NCBI GenBank assembly: GCA_012295275.1
Contig: CM022673.1
Coordinates: 18,538,001 to 18,602,000, forward strand
Origin: Chrysomallon squamiferum
Taxonomy: Eukaryota > Animalia > Mollusca
Length of the DNA stretch: 64,000 bases
Direction: 5' to 3'
This document shows positions 41,315-57,152 of this stretch, one piece after another. How positions within the stretch are numbered: position 1 is the first letter of the stretch; the number at the start of each line of letters is the position of its first letter. A program made the translations under genes and the position numbers. The notes below the pieces were generated by a model. The model was not told where the DNA came from and did not search any database. It saw only the letters and a program-made list of their open reading frames with translations.

Positions 41315-41399
41315 CTATATATATATATTTGAATACTTTTGAATATTTATTTTACTATATTAAAGAGAGAAACTGACTTCCATTTATGGTGGCTTCGTG

Positions 41400-42110
41400 T
41401 GTCAGCTTATCTTCTGGAAAGTTTTTGTTTTAACTTAATATTATATCTTTGGAGAAAAAACAACACAGAAAGCAGAAGAAAACATTGCAACTATGCATTT
41501 AAGAAACGAATAATGAAGATATGACGTAACTCTGGATGATATTATTAATGCCAGACAGATTTCGGAAAATGATGAAATGGAATTGAAAGGAATAAAAATG
41601 AAAGCTAGAGTTTTACATTCTGAAACAGTTGTATCATCTTTACATTTGCCTGCGTACAAAGACGATGAAATCATAAAGGTAAAACTAAAATTTTGATTTT
41701 AACACCTATTAATAGAGTTTATAAAGGAACCAAAATTGCTGATGGAACAAGATATGTAATTTCCATCAGAAGTAAAAAGTTTACCATACTCCATGAAGTT
41801 TAGGACAGTTGAAGCGACAGAATATTTTTTTGTTTTACACGATCATCAACTGAAAGTGTGTTATAATTGTACGGCTTACAGTCATGTACTCAAGGATTGC
41901 CCAAATATAACATGTCATTATTGTAAAGAAAAAGAACATTTTGCAAGAAATGCCCTAAAACCTTTCTTTGTGAAAAATGTGGGAAAAAGAAAATGAATGT
42001 GATATTAGACAGTTTACCAGACCCCAAACTGCTGAAAACATCTGAGGACTGAACAGTCAAGAATTGATTTATTTTTAGTTTCTAAAAATATATTACAATT
42101 TGTAAGTAAT
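41400..42110 (+). mobile_element. L1/Tx1 LINE ORF1 fragment with two CCHC knuckles
   Basis: VVSSLHLPAYKDDEII..YKGTKIADGTRYV..CYNCTAYSHVLKDCPNITCHYCKEKEHFARN. Confidence 0.8.
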
Positions 42111-42169
42111 GTATGTATATAATGTATGTATGTATGTATGTATGTGTGTGTGTGTGTGTACATACATAC

Positions 42170-42229
<60 letters not shown>

Positions 42230-42239
42230 TATATTTTTT

Positions 42240-43920
<1,681 letters not shown>

Positions 43921-45009
43921 TTAAGTTTCATTTCTTTTTGTGACAATCTTTCGCTTCACCAGTATAATTTCAGACTGGAAAGCATACACCTTGAAGTTTA
44001 TTATTAATTAACTCAAATAAACCATCCTCTTTCCTATTTCTATTCTCTTATGTAACGTACAAACGAATCTTTTTTCTTATTTGTAAAAACTAACATGAAT
44101 ACTTTTCATTTCTCACTTCTTTTTCACATTCGACCAGGATAAATCATAATTAATTGATGATACATGTAATATAAATTATGAAATGTTTCTAAATAGGTAT
44201 CTGATATATAACTATTTCATTTAAAAAGTATTCCCTTTTTTAAGCATAAATTTAAAGTTAAAAACTAAAAGATATTTATTATTTTTTTATTTACTAAAAT
44301 TTATTTATTAATTTGGAAAGGTAAAACCATTAAAATAAGTAATTTAAGAATTTAAGTATGTCTGTTTTAATTATCTTTGTCAGTACTTATAATTCCGTTA
44401 TTGGTTTCTAATTGAATTAAACTGAATTGTAGATGTTTTTCTCTGATGTACTTAAGATAATGTGTAGCATATTATTTACGATTTCCTGCCACGTACAAAA
44501 GCAAATGTTTTTACGGTCCGGTTAATATTTGAGAAACTCAAGCATTCTCTGAACTAAACATAGTTAATCAAAGAAGTACATTTTTAAATAGAACACCCTT
44601 CATCCATGACAGTATGAGGTTTTCACTGTGTATATTTAAAACATATTATCACTAAGTTATGCATTTTCGATACAGAGCACTTTTCATAACGGGAAACTGT
44701 TGCTTTAGTGCCTGAAATATTTAGTGGAGTAAAACATATATCTTCCATGATGGTTAGAAAAAGTATTGAAATATATAACTACTACATGTTTCAGTATGGA
44801 TATTTGCACAAATGTTTACTTCTAATTTACTTTTTCTTTCTTTCTCTCTTTTTTTTCAAAATTTATTTTTGACTTCTAAGATGATTTTAACATATAAAGA
44901 AAGTCAATGACTGTTAATTTTTGTTTTTTAAAACGTTTGTTGTAAATTTATGTTCTCGGAATAAAATAGTTAAAATGAAAATGCCTGACACTTTCGAGTT
45001 CCAACAATT

Positions 45010-45430
45010 TTAAAACAGCGTACCTGCACAACAATAACATTCAGGTCCTGCCCTCTAAATCTCCGGATTTGAAACCTATAGAGCATTTATGGGACGATTT
45101 GGATAGACAACTGAGGCAGCATCAACCACAGCCACAGAATCGTGCTCAGTTGACATTATTACTACAGACAGAATGGGTCACCATTCCACAAGGTGTAATA
45201 CATAATGTCATTACTGCCATGGGAAGGAGATGTCAGGCAGGTCTGGACTCCCATGGTGAGCACACAAGGTATTGATAGTATACTGTTATAACCTTGAACT
45301 TTAACCTTTTCAATGTAATACCATCAAAATTAATGAACTGCGAAAGTATGTGTAAAATGTGAACATTCTACTGCTTTCTGTTGATCCATTAGATAGATAT
45401 TCCCAATGTCAATAAAATCTACTTTTGTAT
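45010..45430 (+). mobile_element. Tc1-family transposase C-terminal fragment
   Basis: PSKSPDLKPIEHLWDDLDRQL...MGRRCQAGLDSHGEHTRY* matches the Tc1 SPDLNPIEHLW..GHTRY signature. Confidence 0.85.
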
Positions 45431-45536
45431 ATACACACACACAAATCATTAATATTAAAACAATCACCTGGAAGTATTCAAAATGTATATAGGCTGTTTA
45501 TTTGTATAACCAGAGCTATACTTTGTAAGAAAATGC

Positions 45537-45630
45537 CTTGTGATGAAAGCCACGCGATGCAGCCTATGGCTGAATGCATATAATCATTAATATAGCGACA
45601 ACAAAACAACAACACAGAAATATTCTTCAT

Positions 45631-45665
<35 letters not shown>

Positions 45666-46195
45666 GTTGGTAGAAATTATTACATTAATAAAGCAATTCA
45701 TGATTTTCAATTCATAATAATTTCTCTCTAATGGATAAGCCTACGTAATAATAATAATAATTATTATTATTATGATAATATAATTAATTTATAAATATTC
45801 TGTTGCCAAGTTAGGTAGATTAGACAGTATTACTTACTACTAACATCAATACCCTGAATCGGTTATTACAGAGGTGGAGAATTCAATCGGACGCTGTTAA
45901 AGCAAAACAAATAGAATATTAACCAATCGAAGATAAAGAAAACAAATTATTTGCAGTTTTTGATAGATCATCAAATAAATATAAAATTTTAAATTTTGAT
46001 ATAAAAGAACGATTAACCATTTTAAATAAAAACTTACCTAATTTTTTTGGCAAACCACAATCGTGAAGTACGATTAGCTTATGTCCTTTATATATTGATC
46101 TGGGTTCCAAAATTTAACACATTGATAACACCTCTGAGTACGATGGCCAATGGAAATTTTTCGTCTGCGACACTTGTCAGCATTCCAATAGGCGG
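45537..46195 (-). pseudogene. Galaxin-like copy F: promoter, leader exons and a decayed signal exon (45537-45630); repeat exon absent
   Basis: The signal exon has +1/-1 indels, a TAG in the ancestral frame and a GT->GC donor change. TATATAAA (46087-46094) and CCAAT (46147) are intact. A Tc1 fragment sits where the Cys-rich exon and 3' UTR should be. Confidence 0.8.
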
Positions 46196-46200
46196 GAAAA

Positions 46201-46236
<36 letters not shown>

Positions 46237-49200
46237 TGCACGTATATGCTGATTATATTTATTATATTATATAAGGTTTTGGGTCAGTTTAAACCTATTA
46301 AAAGAGTAATTGTTCATGTATGAAGCTAACTAATGGTCTAGCGTGTGTAATTTGTTTATTCACTTTTGTTACACTGTGCCTGCCACCATGCCGGGTCGGG
46401 CCGGTATCTACACTGCGCATGTCTGGCGTGAACCTGTCAGTACTGTAGTTCTTACAATTAATGCACTTCAGAGTTAACAGCAGAATGAAAATAATTATGT
46501 TAATCTACCATTTCAGCTAGTTTGTGTATTAAACAATGTGCTGTTAGTGACACAGATTACACTGGAAACTTACCGCACCAAAGCAAGTGAGTAAGTATTT
46601 TACCAAATTCCGCTGCCAAACTTTTACAGAAAATCCAAAATACACAGATCACCTCCCGTGACCTCAGTGAACATGAAAGGGAACCGCATGTTATGCAAGC
46701 TCCAACTTGTCTCGTCGTTTGTTTCTCTTCAGACCCTCGCTTTCCTCTGTGGCTCGCGAATAATTATTATATTCCTGCGGGTGTCAGTGAAAACCGCAGA
46801 ATCAGAGTCAATCTAGCAAGAACAACTTCACAACCTAATCTAATTATTCACTTACATCAGCATATAAATGCCGTTTATTTACTTGCATAATTATTAATGC
46901 ATGTCTGTTTTTAGCATGTGCCCTTGCTTTATATTTTCCCTATTTTATTAATAGAAACTAGACATAAAAACAAATAAATAATGTCTGCGTAATATTATTT
47001 TATTTTTATATCTGAGAGGTTTATTTATTTATTTATTTATTTTCTTTTTCTTTTCATTGATTTTCTTCTCATCTGCGAAAGATAAGTCATTAATAATTAC
47101 CCTTTTCGCTTAAAATAAAGAAAAAGAAACGAAGAAAGAACGATATATATAAATTCTGCGGAACAAGCACAATGTGGAAAAATAATTTAAAAAAAACATT
47201 TTTAGAAAATATATTTATATTTATAACATAATACGCTACGGTTCAAATATGCTGTTCCAGTAGTTCTGTGACACTGCGATATAAATCTTGTAACACGAAA
47301 TGAATAAAAATATTAAGACTATCGATGACGTTAACTAGTGTGTGCATACTAAAGTGTTACTGCTACAGCTGTTGTTGTCATCCTCGGCCTAAGTGTAAAT
47401 AAAGTTTAGGTCAGTCAGCTGTTGACTATAACGGTAACTTGTCTTAGTACATTTTAATATTTCAGATAATTTTAAAACAGAATAGATAAATAAAGATTAA
47501 AATTATTTTTACAATAGATTTCGAGCTTCTTTTAGTTTTCTGTTATATGCTGCAAGTCCTGATAAGATTCATCAGTATTTTCAAATAGGAATTAATTTAA
47601 CTTCTCCTGTGTAGTTCCTACATTCCATCAGTTAGTGCGTGGTGCGTTATAACTAAAGATTGATACTTAAGTTTCAAGTAATGGCACATTTTCCAGTTTC
47701 ATATCTCCCATAAGAGCTAAATATTTAGTAGGATTTTTTAAAGACCAGATCAACAACAAATTTAATAGAAATATATTGTATTTACTAAAGGAACGTATTA
47801 ACTCATGATTTTCTCAGTATTTAGTTTTCCTGCCATGTTTCAGTGACTGCCACTAATTACCTAGACATGATATTTTTTATTATTCAGTGTTGATTTCATT
47901 TGTCCAGATATAATTAAAGGTGCCTTTTAACGACATAGAATATGTAAGTTCTTTCATCGCTGCTTTTTCTTTCAGTTTTAATTCTGTAAACTATATACTT
48001 TAACTTTGACTTCTGATAGAAGATGAATAAAAATATAACAAAAAACACTGGTTTTTTAAATTATTTTAATTTTAAACGTAAAATGAAAACAAAACAAAGC
48101 AATGTGTAAAATGTATGATGCAACTACAAGAGTGTCTTTAGTCTAGGCTTCATTCAAACATTATCTATTACTTAACTGGACAGTAAAGATTAGCCAGTCT
48201 ACTCTTCCTTTTTAATAATAAATGAAAATAAAATATATAAGAAAAAAGATTCCAGTTGTATCGTATAAATGAACTAGAGTTTCATTGCTGTTGAAAAGGC
48301 GTCCATGTTTAAGAATGTGTTCACTGGGAACGATCGCTGACGTCCTCCCACTCTAACTGCTGTCTCTAATGCATTACCTATAAGTGATTTAATCTTACCC
48401 AGTATTAGACTGTTTTCATAACCGTATGAAAAATCTTGAAAGTGATACTACACACTTTAATAGGGTTAAATTTAGAAAAATGTTAATTTTAATTTCCTTT
48501 CTCCTTCTTTTTCAAAATGTATTGTAGCTTATAATATCCTATAATCCTGTAAATCTGATGTTGGCCCGGGTTAGATTCCCCGCTTGGCAAAATATTTCTT
48601 CCATTTTATTTTCTTCTTTTTTCATACTTTTGAACTCTTGTTTCAATATATTAAAGAAAAAAATTGATAAGTTGTAATAATAATTTATCTGTGTTTGAGA
48701 AATGTATATATTTTGTTCTAGCTGAAAAGAAAAGAACATTTATGTTTTTAATGTTACATACGTATATTTTTCACTATTAATAAATAAATAAAATTGAAAA
48801 ATGGTGCCAGCGCTCTAAAATTAATATCAATAAATTAATTTAGTAAAGTTTATTTTCAGTACAAAATATGTCATTCTATAAATGAATGACGTCATATTCC
48901 ATTAATGAGCGAGGAGGACCTCTCTGGAATGAAATTAAAACTGATTTAGAACATTACAGAATTCAATCGGCTCTCTGAGTAAGACCACTACGACAGTGCA
49001 CTCAGCGCTCGATTTAACGGTGTGAAACGTGTGAAATATTAACAGTTGAGAATGATGCACAGAGCTAAATTTATTTTGAAATCACAATGTCGAATAGCAT
49101 AGTGAATTACGTTTACTTTACTTACCCTGGTGGACAACGGATTCAGTTTGATTTGTAGTGATTGTACAGTGGTGCCAATGACAATGCAGAAAAAGTAAAA

Positions 49201-49429
49201 ATGTATTTATAGATATTTCTGTAATAAAATACAGTGTGCACACACACACACACCATGATCAGTCACGTGGCCAGTGTAAATTCCTCAGTCATAATATTTT
49301 TTAAACGTATTAATAAATAACGTAACGTGCGTATGAGTTTGCTAGTTTCCAGACCGACATTTTCATCCTCTCAAGTGATTTAGTGTTTAGTGCGTCGATT
49401 CGCGCCTCGAAAAAGTCTTTATATCAGCC

Positions 49430-50400
49430 GGCGACATAACTGATTATATAAGTGGTCATGTGGATGATATAATTAAAGCTTGTTTGCCACTTACATTTGC
49501 CAGCCAGTCATAAAAGAAAAACTAAAAATCGTTTAAAATAGAAATTTTAACACCAGTTTATTAAAGATTTTAAAAAGGAACCAAAATTGCTGATGGAACA
49601 AGATATGCCAACGTTAAATTTCCATCAGAAGTATAAAGTTTAACATACTCCATGAAGTTTAGGACAGTTGAAGGCGATAGAATATTTTTGTGTTTTACAC
49701 GATAATCAACTGAAAGTGTGTTATAATTGTACGGCTGACAGTTATATACTCAAGGATGGCCCAATATAACATGTCATTATTGTAAAGAAAAAGGACATTT
49801 TGCAAGACATGCCCTAAAACTTTCTTTGTGAAAAGTATAGGAAAAAGAAGATGAATGTGAAGGTTTGTCAGAGTACGACAGCGATGACCAGAAAAACAGC
49901 GACAATGATAGTGACATTACGAATTGTGATACGGATTAAACGAGAAGACAAAGAAGAGAAAAGAAAGTGAAACAAGACGTATCCACCAGATAAATACAAC
50001 AGAAATGAAACAAAATAATAAGGAAAAACAAAAATCGCAAACTGGAGAGAAAACAGAAGAAAAAAAACGATGAAAACACAATTGAAAAAAATATTTTGAA
50101 GGACGCCAAAAACCATCGAAACAGAAAACAGTCAGCAGACAAATGCACGTCCATGTAGATTAATCAAGCGAGGACAATAAGAATAGAAAATCTGAAGTTT
50201 GGTAGAAAACAGAAAACCAAAGAAGAGACATGCAGTGTGTATGAAAAGTGTGAGAGAAAGTATTAATAAAGCTATGAATGAGTATGATGATGAGATTATC
50301 AATATGCTATAGCATATCTAAGAATGGATAATATTTTTATAACTTTTCTCATTATAATTATGATTTTCACGAAAAATACAAATGGACAAGGGATAAAGTT
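49430..50400 (+). mobile_element. L1/Tx1 LINE ORF1 fragment
   Basis: KGTKIADGTRYANVKFPSEV..LHDNQLKVCYNC..CHYCKEKGHFARHA. Confidence 0.75.
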
Positions 50401-50451
50401 AATGCAAAATATCCTTATTATATGTTTAATGTCTTGTTTGAGATGCATTAA

Positions 50452-50567
<116 letters not shown>

Positions 50568-50589
50568 AATTTGATCAACCATTTTAAAA

Positions 50590-52680
50590 TCAATATACAT
50601 CATTAGAGTTTGAGATAATTTGGAAATTAAAACTGAATCGATTAAATGTACAGTACCATTTGTCACATTAATAAATTATTTTTTATTCTTTAGTAATAGA
50701 TTTCGCTTTTGTAATACTTTAACTTAATTGTGGTGATCCATTCTTGAGGAAATGAATTTAATATTAATTTATAAAGAAATGAAATCTATAATCGTGGTAT
50801 CGTGAGCATTCTGATATATTAATGAAGTCCAGTTTTCAGATACTTTGATACCATTAATATTATCTGTACTTTTAATTAAAAGCTTTAAAGGTTTCGGCAA
50901 CTATTATATATAGAATCATAGAACTTGGACAAGCTTGTCTTAAACCTCTAGAGCAGAAAAACATATTAACATGCTGCTGATATATTTATAAAGAATGTTT
51001 ATAAAAAAAAAATGGTTTTCTCCAAATTACTTTTTTCAAACTTTTAATATAAAACTTTGTGATACACAATCAAAGACTGTTTTCTATCTATTCTGATTAA
51101 ATAACTATCTTAATTTCTTACTTCTGTCAAATCTATTATATCTCACTGACATTACATTCATTATTTATTATAGCTGTCCTTGGACGACATTATTCATCAG
51201 GGGAGATAATTTTGACATCATTTTCTTGAAACGATTCGCAAATACTTCAGCAATAATTTTGCTTTTGATCTTAAAATTGCTGTTTTGCATTTCTGTTTTT
51301 TAAATTTCAGCTAAACCTTTTTCTGATAGATGAAGTCATGGTTAAGTCAGAGTCGTTATTTAAGGTTGGTTTTACAACTTCTCTTTTTTATATATATTAT
51401 AATAGTGTTTATTTTGTAATTTTCATTTTATCAATCAATAATACTAAGTAAAACTTTAATTTTGTATTTCAGATTGTCCCACCAAACCAATGCTTCAGAT
51501 AAAAATAGTGAACATTCTTTCGCTTCACCAGTAATTTCTTCTAAGCGTTACAGAAATATTCGTCATTTACTAACTGATTATTGAAAAGCCAAACACCTTG
51601 TGCTCTTTCTTCTTTAGAAAAATCTAATATTAATGGAATGAAATTATGATCACTCAGAGCTGTGTAACCAAAGTCCATATTTAGCAGAAATTTTAATAAT
51701 GATTTGGATATTAAAACGTAATCAATCCTCGAAGTAATTTTCCATATTTAGCAGAATTCTGTCACGCCAATTATCTAAGAGATTTAGTTCATTCTTTTAG
51801 AATATAATTTGACGTCATATTAAAATTCGTATTCTTAATTCCTAATTCTAAATAATGATCCATTTTTTTTTTTAAATCAGTATCTTTTATAGTCTTTTCA
51901 ACCTTGACAGATTGTGGCATCTTTTGAAAGATTAAACATTATCATCTATTTTTTACTTTTTATTTATTTTTTTTTTTTATATATTTTTTATTATTATTAT
52001 TTTGTTTAATTTTTAGCATTTTCCTTCTTCATCACAGCTATGAAAACTAAACTTTTATGGACAGTTATTCGATACTACAATTGCTATACGTCTTCTGTTT
52101 TTAGACTGATAATTATTGTAAATAAATGTTTGTATGCTTCTATAAAATCATTATCCAAAAAGGTTTATTCTAGAAAAGCTATATAGAAATATCTACTTTT
52201 AACAGATGCAAATAATGAATTCATTTTGTCAGTATCTCTCAAACCTTTAACATTTAAAGAGATTAACAACACTGTGAAAATTATAATGTGAAGAAAATAA
52301 TCCAATTATAATATTTTTAAGTGTATTATGCCTTTTCGAATAAATATCAGTTTTTTCTCTTATTTGTTTTATTTTTCTCCTTTTCATCATTTATGCATTT
52401 TTCATGTCCTTTACATTCATCTTTCTTTCTTTCGTTTGACATTATCCTTTCGCTCATTTCTTTCCTTTCTACCACAATACGCCATACGATATCTTCTTTT
52501 CTTTTTTTTATTTTCATTTGATTTGTTTTCATTTGTGTTGCTCTCTTCTTCCGTTTCTATTTCACTATCTTCTGTATCATCTTTTTGTGCATCACAATAT
52601 TTTTCGGAATGATTTTGTATTTTACAATTTCTTGTAGTGTGTCCCATTTCATCGTATTTAAATCATTTAACTAAAAATAC
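50590..52680 (-). mobile_element. Decayed L1/Tx1 LINE (ORF1 end, endonuclease, RT)
   Basis: Knuckle GHTTRNC, SLNVKGLRD, TSRIDY, SDH, GVWLFN, RT motif GLRQACPSS. Confidence 0.7.
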
Positions 52681-52699
52681 ATTCTAAAAAAGAAAGAGA

Positions 52700-53570
52700 G
52701 AAAGAAAGAAAAAACAAATTAAATGTAAACAATTCTAGAAATATCCATAGTGAAGCATGTAGTAGTTATAATCTTTCAATACGTTTTGTAACCTTAATGG
52801 AAGATATATGTCTTACTCCACCACTTCATTTCAAACACTAAGGCAACAGTGTCCGGTTATGAAAGCAGCTCTGTATTAAGAAGATGAAATGAATCTTAGT
52901 ATGTTAATATGTCAGTGACTCTGTTAATATGTCAGTGACTATGTTAATATGTCAGTGAATATGTTAATATGTCAGTGACTATGTTTTTACACAGAGAAAA
53001 TTTCAAACATTCATGGATGAACAATTCTATGTTTAAAAAAGTAACGCTTTCATTAGCTATGATTCTCAAATATAAGATAACTAACATAGATAAAAACATC
53101 TTCAGTTCAGTTTAATTCAGGTATAAGCCAATAACTGAATTATAAATACAGACAAAAATAGTTAGCTAAAACATACTTACTGAAATTCTTAAATTAATTA
53201 TTTGACTGGTTTTATCGTTTCCAAATAAATAAATAAATAAATCTCCTTTAGTTTCTTATTTTAAATTTATGCTTTAGAAAGTTAATACTTTTTGAATGAA
53301 ATAGTTATATTTCAGATACGTATTTACAAAGGTTTTATAAATTATAATTACATGTATTATCAATTAATCATGATTTGTCCTGGTCGAACGTGAAAAAGAA
53401 ACGAGAATTGAAAAGTGTTGGTGTCAGTTTTGACAAATAAGAAAAAAAGATTCGTTTGTACGTTACGTAAAAGAATAGAAATCGGAAAGAGGATGGTTAT
53501 TGGAGTTAATTAAAAATAAAGTTTAGCTTGTATGTTTTTCAAAGTGAAAGTAAACATTACATGCAGTACA
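52700..53570 (-). repeat. Inverted paralogue of the array's 3'-flank block (direct copies at ~43965-44870 and ~55550-56480)
   Basis: For example, 52741-52840 is the reverse complement of ~56330-56425, and ~53370-53520 is the reverse complement of ~55595-55750. Confidence 0.8.
52901..52985. repeat. 20-bp tandem repeat x 4.2 (ATGTTAATATGTCAGTGACT)
   Basis: Directly visible. Confidence 0.95.
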
Positions 53571-53599
53571 TATTATATAACAGGTGATCAGAATAAAAG

Positions 53600-54960
53600 C
53601 AAGGAGATGGCCTATCAGTAATCTAATATGTGAATCATTACTACTGTAACCAAATAATGTCCACATTCTTAATCCTTCGTGACTAAAAGCTTTCTTTTTA
53701 AAGAAACATGTTTACATGTTTAAATAAGGGAATCAGTCTAGGCCAATACAAAAACCAATATTTTCAGTTAAAAACCTATATATTGAGCTTAAACGTGATT
53801 TTCCAATTTTAAATTAAACAAATTTTGGCGACAGCACATTACATGCTAGTTTAAAATCAAGATCTATACCAACATTCGTTTTATAATCTTCTTTTTTCCC
53901 GTTCAACATTATATCCTAATTTTTTCAAAATGTTTTAAAATGTAGGTTTCTGAAATTTTTTGTCAACTAATATAGAATAACAAAATTAAGAAGCAAACAT
54001 TGTAGGTGATACTATATTATTTCTATAAAAAAAAAATAAAAGATTAGATTAATTTACTATTTAACCTTATTAAATCATTATTAAACAATGGTGGCAGAAG
54101 TATTTGTCTTCCATATTCACTTATATTGTTAAATGTTATTAACAATTCAGCATAAACTGGAGGCAGTGAACAAATCACGTTTGACATGTTTCATTTTTAA
54201 TACACTTTCTTTCTGTTGCATGTTACTATATCGTAAAAGAAAAAACCCATTGTAATCTAAGAGTTTGTTTTTGGGGGGATTTTCAATTCAGTATTTTCCA
54301 AATTAAGACCTCCTTTATTAGCTGTTTCAATTATTGTGTTATATTTTATTTGAACTATATATATTTTATTTTTTTCATCCCCAAAATTTTTTAAAATTAA
54401 CTTGTGTAATTTTATGTACTTAAACAATAGTACTATAAAGCACCTGTTGTTGTCTTTTATTATTTCTTAATATATATATATATATATATATATATTATTT
54501 TATAATTATTATTATTATTATTATTATTTTTTTTCTGTTTTTTCTCTTTTTTGTTTTTTCTTTTTTTCTGATGGACTGTTCTTATTTATTCATAATATTT
54601 AGTGACATAAAAAAATATATATATATAAATCTGGAAAATCACATTTATCTTTAATATGAAGGTTTTTAACAGAAAATACTGAACACTGGTTTTTAGACTG
54701 CCTATATTGATCCCCTTATTTAAACATGTATCTATGATATTAACATTTTTCTTTGCAATAAAAAGGCTCTGGTACTGAAGAAGTAAGAATATCGACATTA
54801 TTTAGTTTCAATAGTAATGATTTACATACTAGATTTCCTCCTTTATTTATTTTTCAGCTGTAAAAATGACCGCTTATAAGCATACAAATATTTGGTAGGT
54901 ATATTATTAGACTGTGTTATTTTGTTTGAAAGAAAATTTAATGACATGTTAAATATTCTT
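53600..54960 (-). mobile_element. Decayed L1/Tx1-like LINE ORF2 fragment
   Basis: IKYNTIIETANKGGLNL-type post-RT motif, heavily degraded. Confidence 0.45.
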
Positions 54961-57091
54961 TACATACAGACGTCTTCATAAAATAAAGAACTTTATAATT
55001 TATGGATTATGTAACAGTTTCTGAAACTAAAGTAATAGTTATTAGTTCGTAGTTAAACTTTTAACGTATATGTAAAGAGTTTTTCTATTTGTTTGCTTTT
55101 TATTTATCGTATTTAATATACTTTAATTCTTATAGTTTAATAATGAACGATATTAAATTTGATTTACTTGTAGTATTCAGTGTTGTATCAATATGGTTTT
55201 ATGAATAAAGATTTAAAAGTAAAAACATTTCACTCTCTCGCGGCGACCGCCGCGGCTCGGTGACCCGCTTGGGAAATATTTTTGAATTAGAAAAATGTTA
55301 TACATACATTAATTAGAAAATAAATAAAAAACATTTATTATACATTCTACAGAGCCCATCTACCGGAAATAGCTGCTGCTTGCAAGCACTGAAATTGCAC
55401 ATCAGACAACAACGTTTTTAATAACGTCACCACAGTAGAAATGCTGAAAAATGATCAATACACATTGTGTAACATACAGAGAAAGCGGATAAGAATTACT
55501 GACAGTCCATCTGATTGTTTTATTCTGATCGCCTTTTGTTTAATATGCACGGTATGTAATGTTTAATTTCAGACTGTAAAGCATACACGTTGAAATTTAT
55601 TATTAATTAACTCAAATAAACCATCCTCTTTCCTATTTCTATTCTCTTATGTAATGTTTAAACGAATCTTTTTTCTTATTTGTCAAAACTGACATGAACA
55701 CATTTGATTTCTCACTTCTTTTTCACAATCGACCAGGACAAATCATAATTAATTGATGATACATGTAATATAAATTATGAAATGTTTCTAAATAAGTATC
55801 TGATATATAACTAATTCATTTAAAAAGTATTAACTTTTTAAAACATAAATAAACTTAAAAACTAAAGGTTATTTATTTATGTATTTATTTATTAATTTAA
55901 CTGTTTGTTTTTATTTTTATTTTTTTTTTTTTTTAATTGGAAAGGGTAAAAACGATTAAAATAAATAATTTAAGAATTTAAGTATGTTTGAATTATTTTT
56001 GTTAGTGGTTTCTAATTGAATTAAACTGAATCGTCGATGTTTTTATCTGATGTACGTAAACTATTGTGTAGCACATTTTTAACGACGTCCTTCCATGTAA
56101 AAACAAATGTTGTTAGCGTCCAGTTAATATTTGAGAAACTCAAGCATTCTCTGAACTAAACATAGTTAATCAAAGACTTATTTTTTAAACAGAACACTAT
56201 TCATTCATGAATGTGTGAGACTTTCCCTGTGTATATTTAAAACGTTAGTCACTAACATATTATCACTAAGTTATGCATTTCATATTCTCAACAGAGAGCT
56301 GTTTTCATAGCGAGAGTCTGTAGACTTGGTGCCTGAAATGAAAGGGTGGAGTAAAATATACATCTTCCATGAAGGTTACAAAAGGTACTGGAAGTTATAA
56401 CTACCACATGTTTCGATATGGATATTTTTTTAAATATTCACTTTTAATGCCCTTTTTCTTTCCTTCTCTTTAAATAAAAAAATGTATTGAAGAAAGTCAA
56501 CGACAGCTAATTTTTGTTTTTTAAAAAGTTTGTGATAAATTTGTATTCTCGGTATCAAATAGTTAAAAAGACAACCCTGCACACTTTTCAGTGCCAACTT
56601 TCAATTTTAAAAAGCAAAGATTTCCTTTCCCTCGTAGTTCATTATATTTAGTGCCATTTGAAAGCTTCCATTTATCTGTTGCTAAATAACTTTTACTCAG
56701 GAAATGTCACTTTCATTTTCTTAGTGAAATTGTATCACACGGGTTAAAATATGAGTATAACTAGTTTTTATTTACAGTATCTAATCTGTTGTTTCTGAAA
56801 TCATATGATCATGATATCGGACCTCAGGATGGCATTGTCTCGTTCAGTCCTACAGTCCGTCAAATGCACGTATTTTCCCATGATGCCATTCATGACCCAT
56901 AGTTGTTTCTGATTCTGTATTGTTAACCGATTAATAAATTACAACAGAGAAGGAACATTTTTAAAAAAAAAAGGAAAAAATCGTGGAAAAAACATGTTGC
57001 CTTTTAATTTCTGTAAACCTGGCGTCAGCCATTCTTATTTTCATCGATAACAGATAACTTATGCAATCATTACAGATCGAACAGTTAGTAG

Positions 57092-57152
<61 letters not shown>

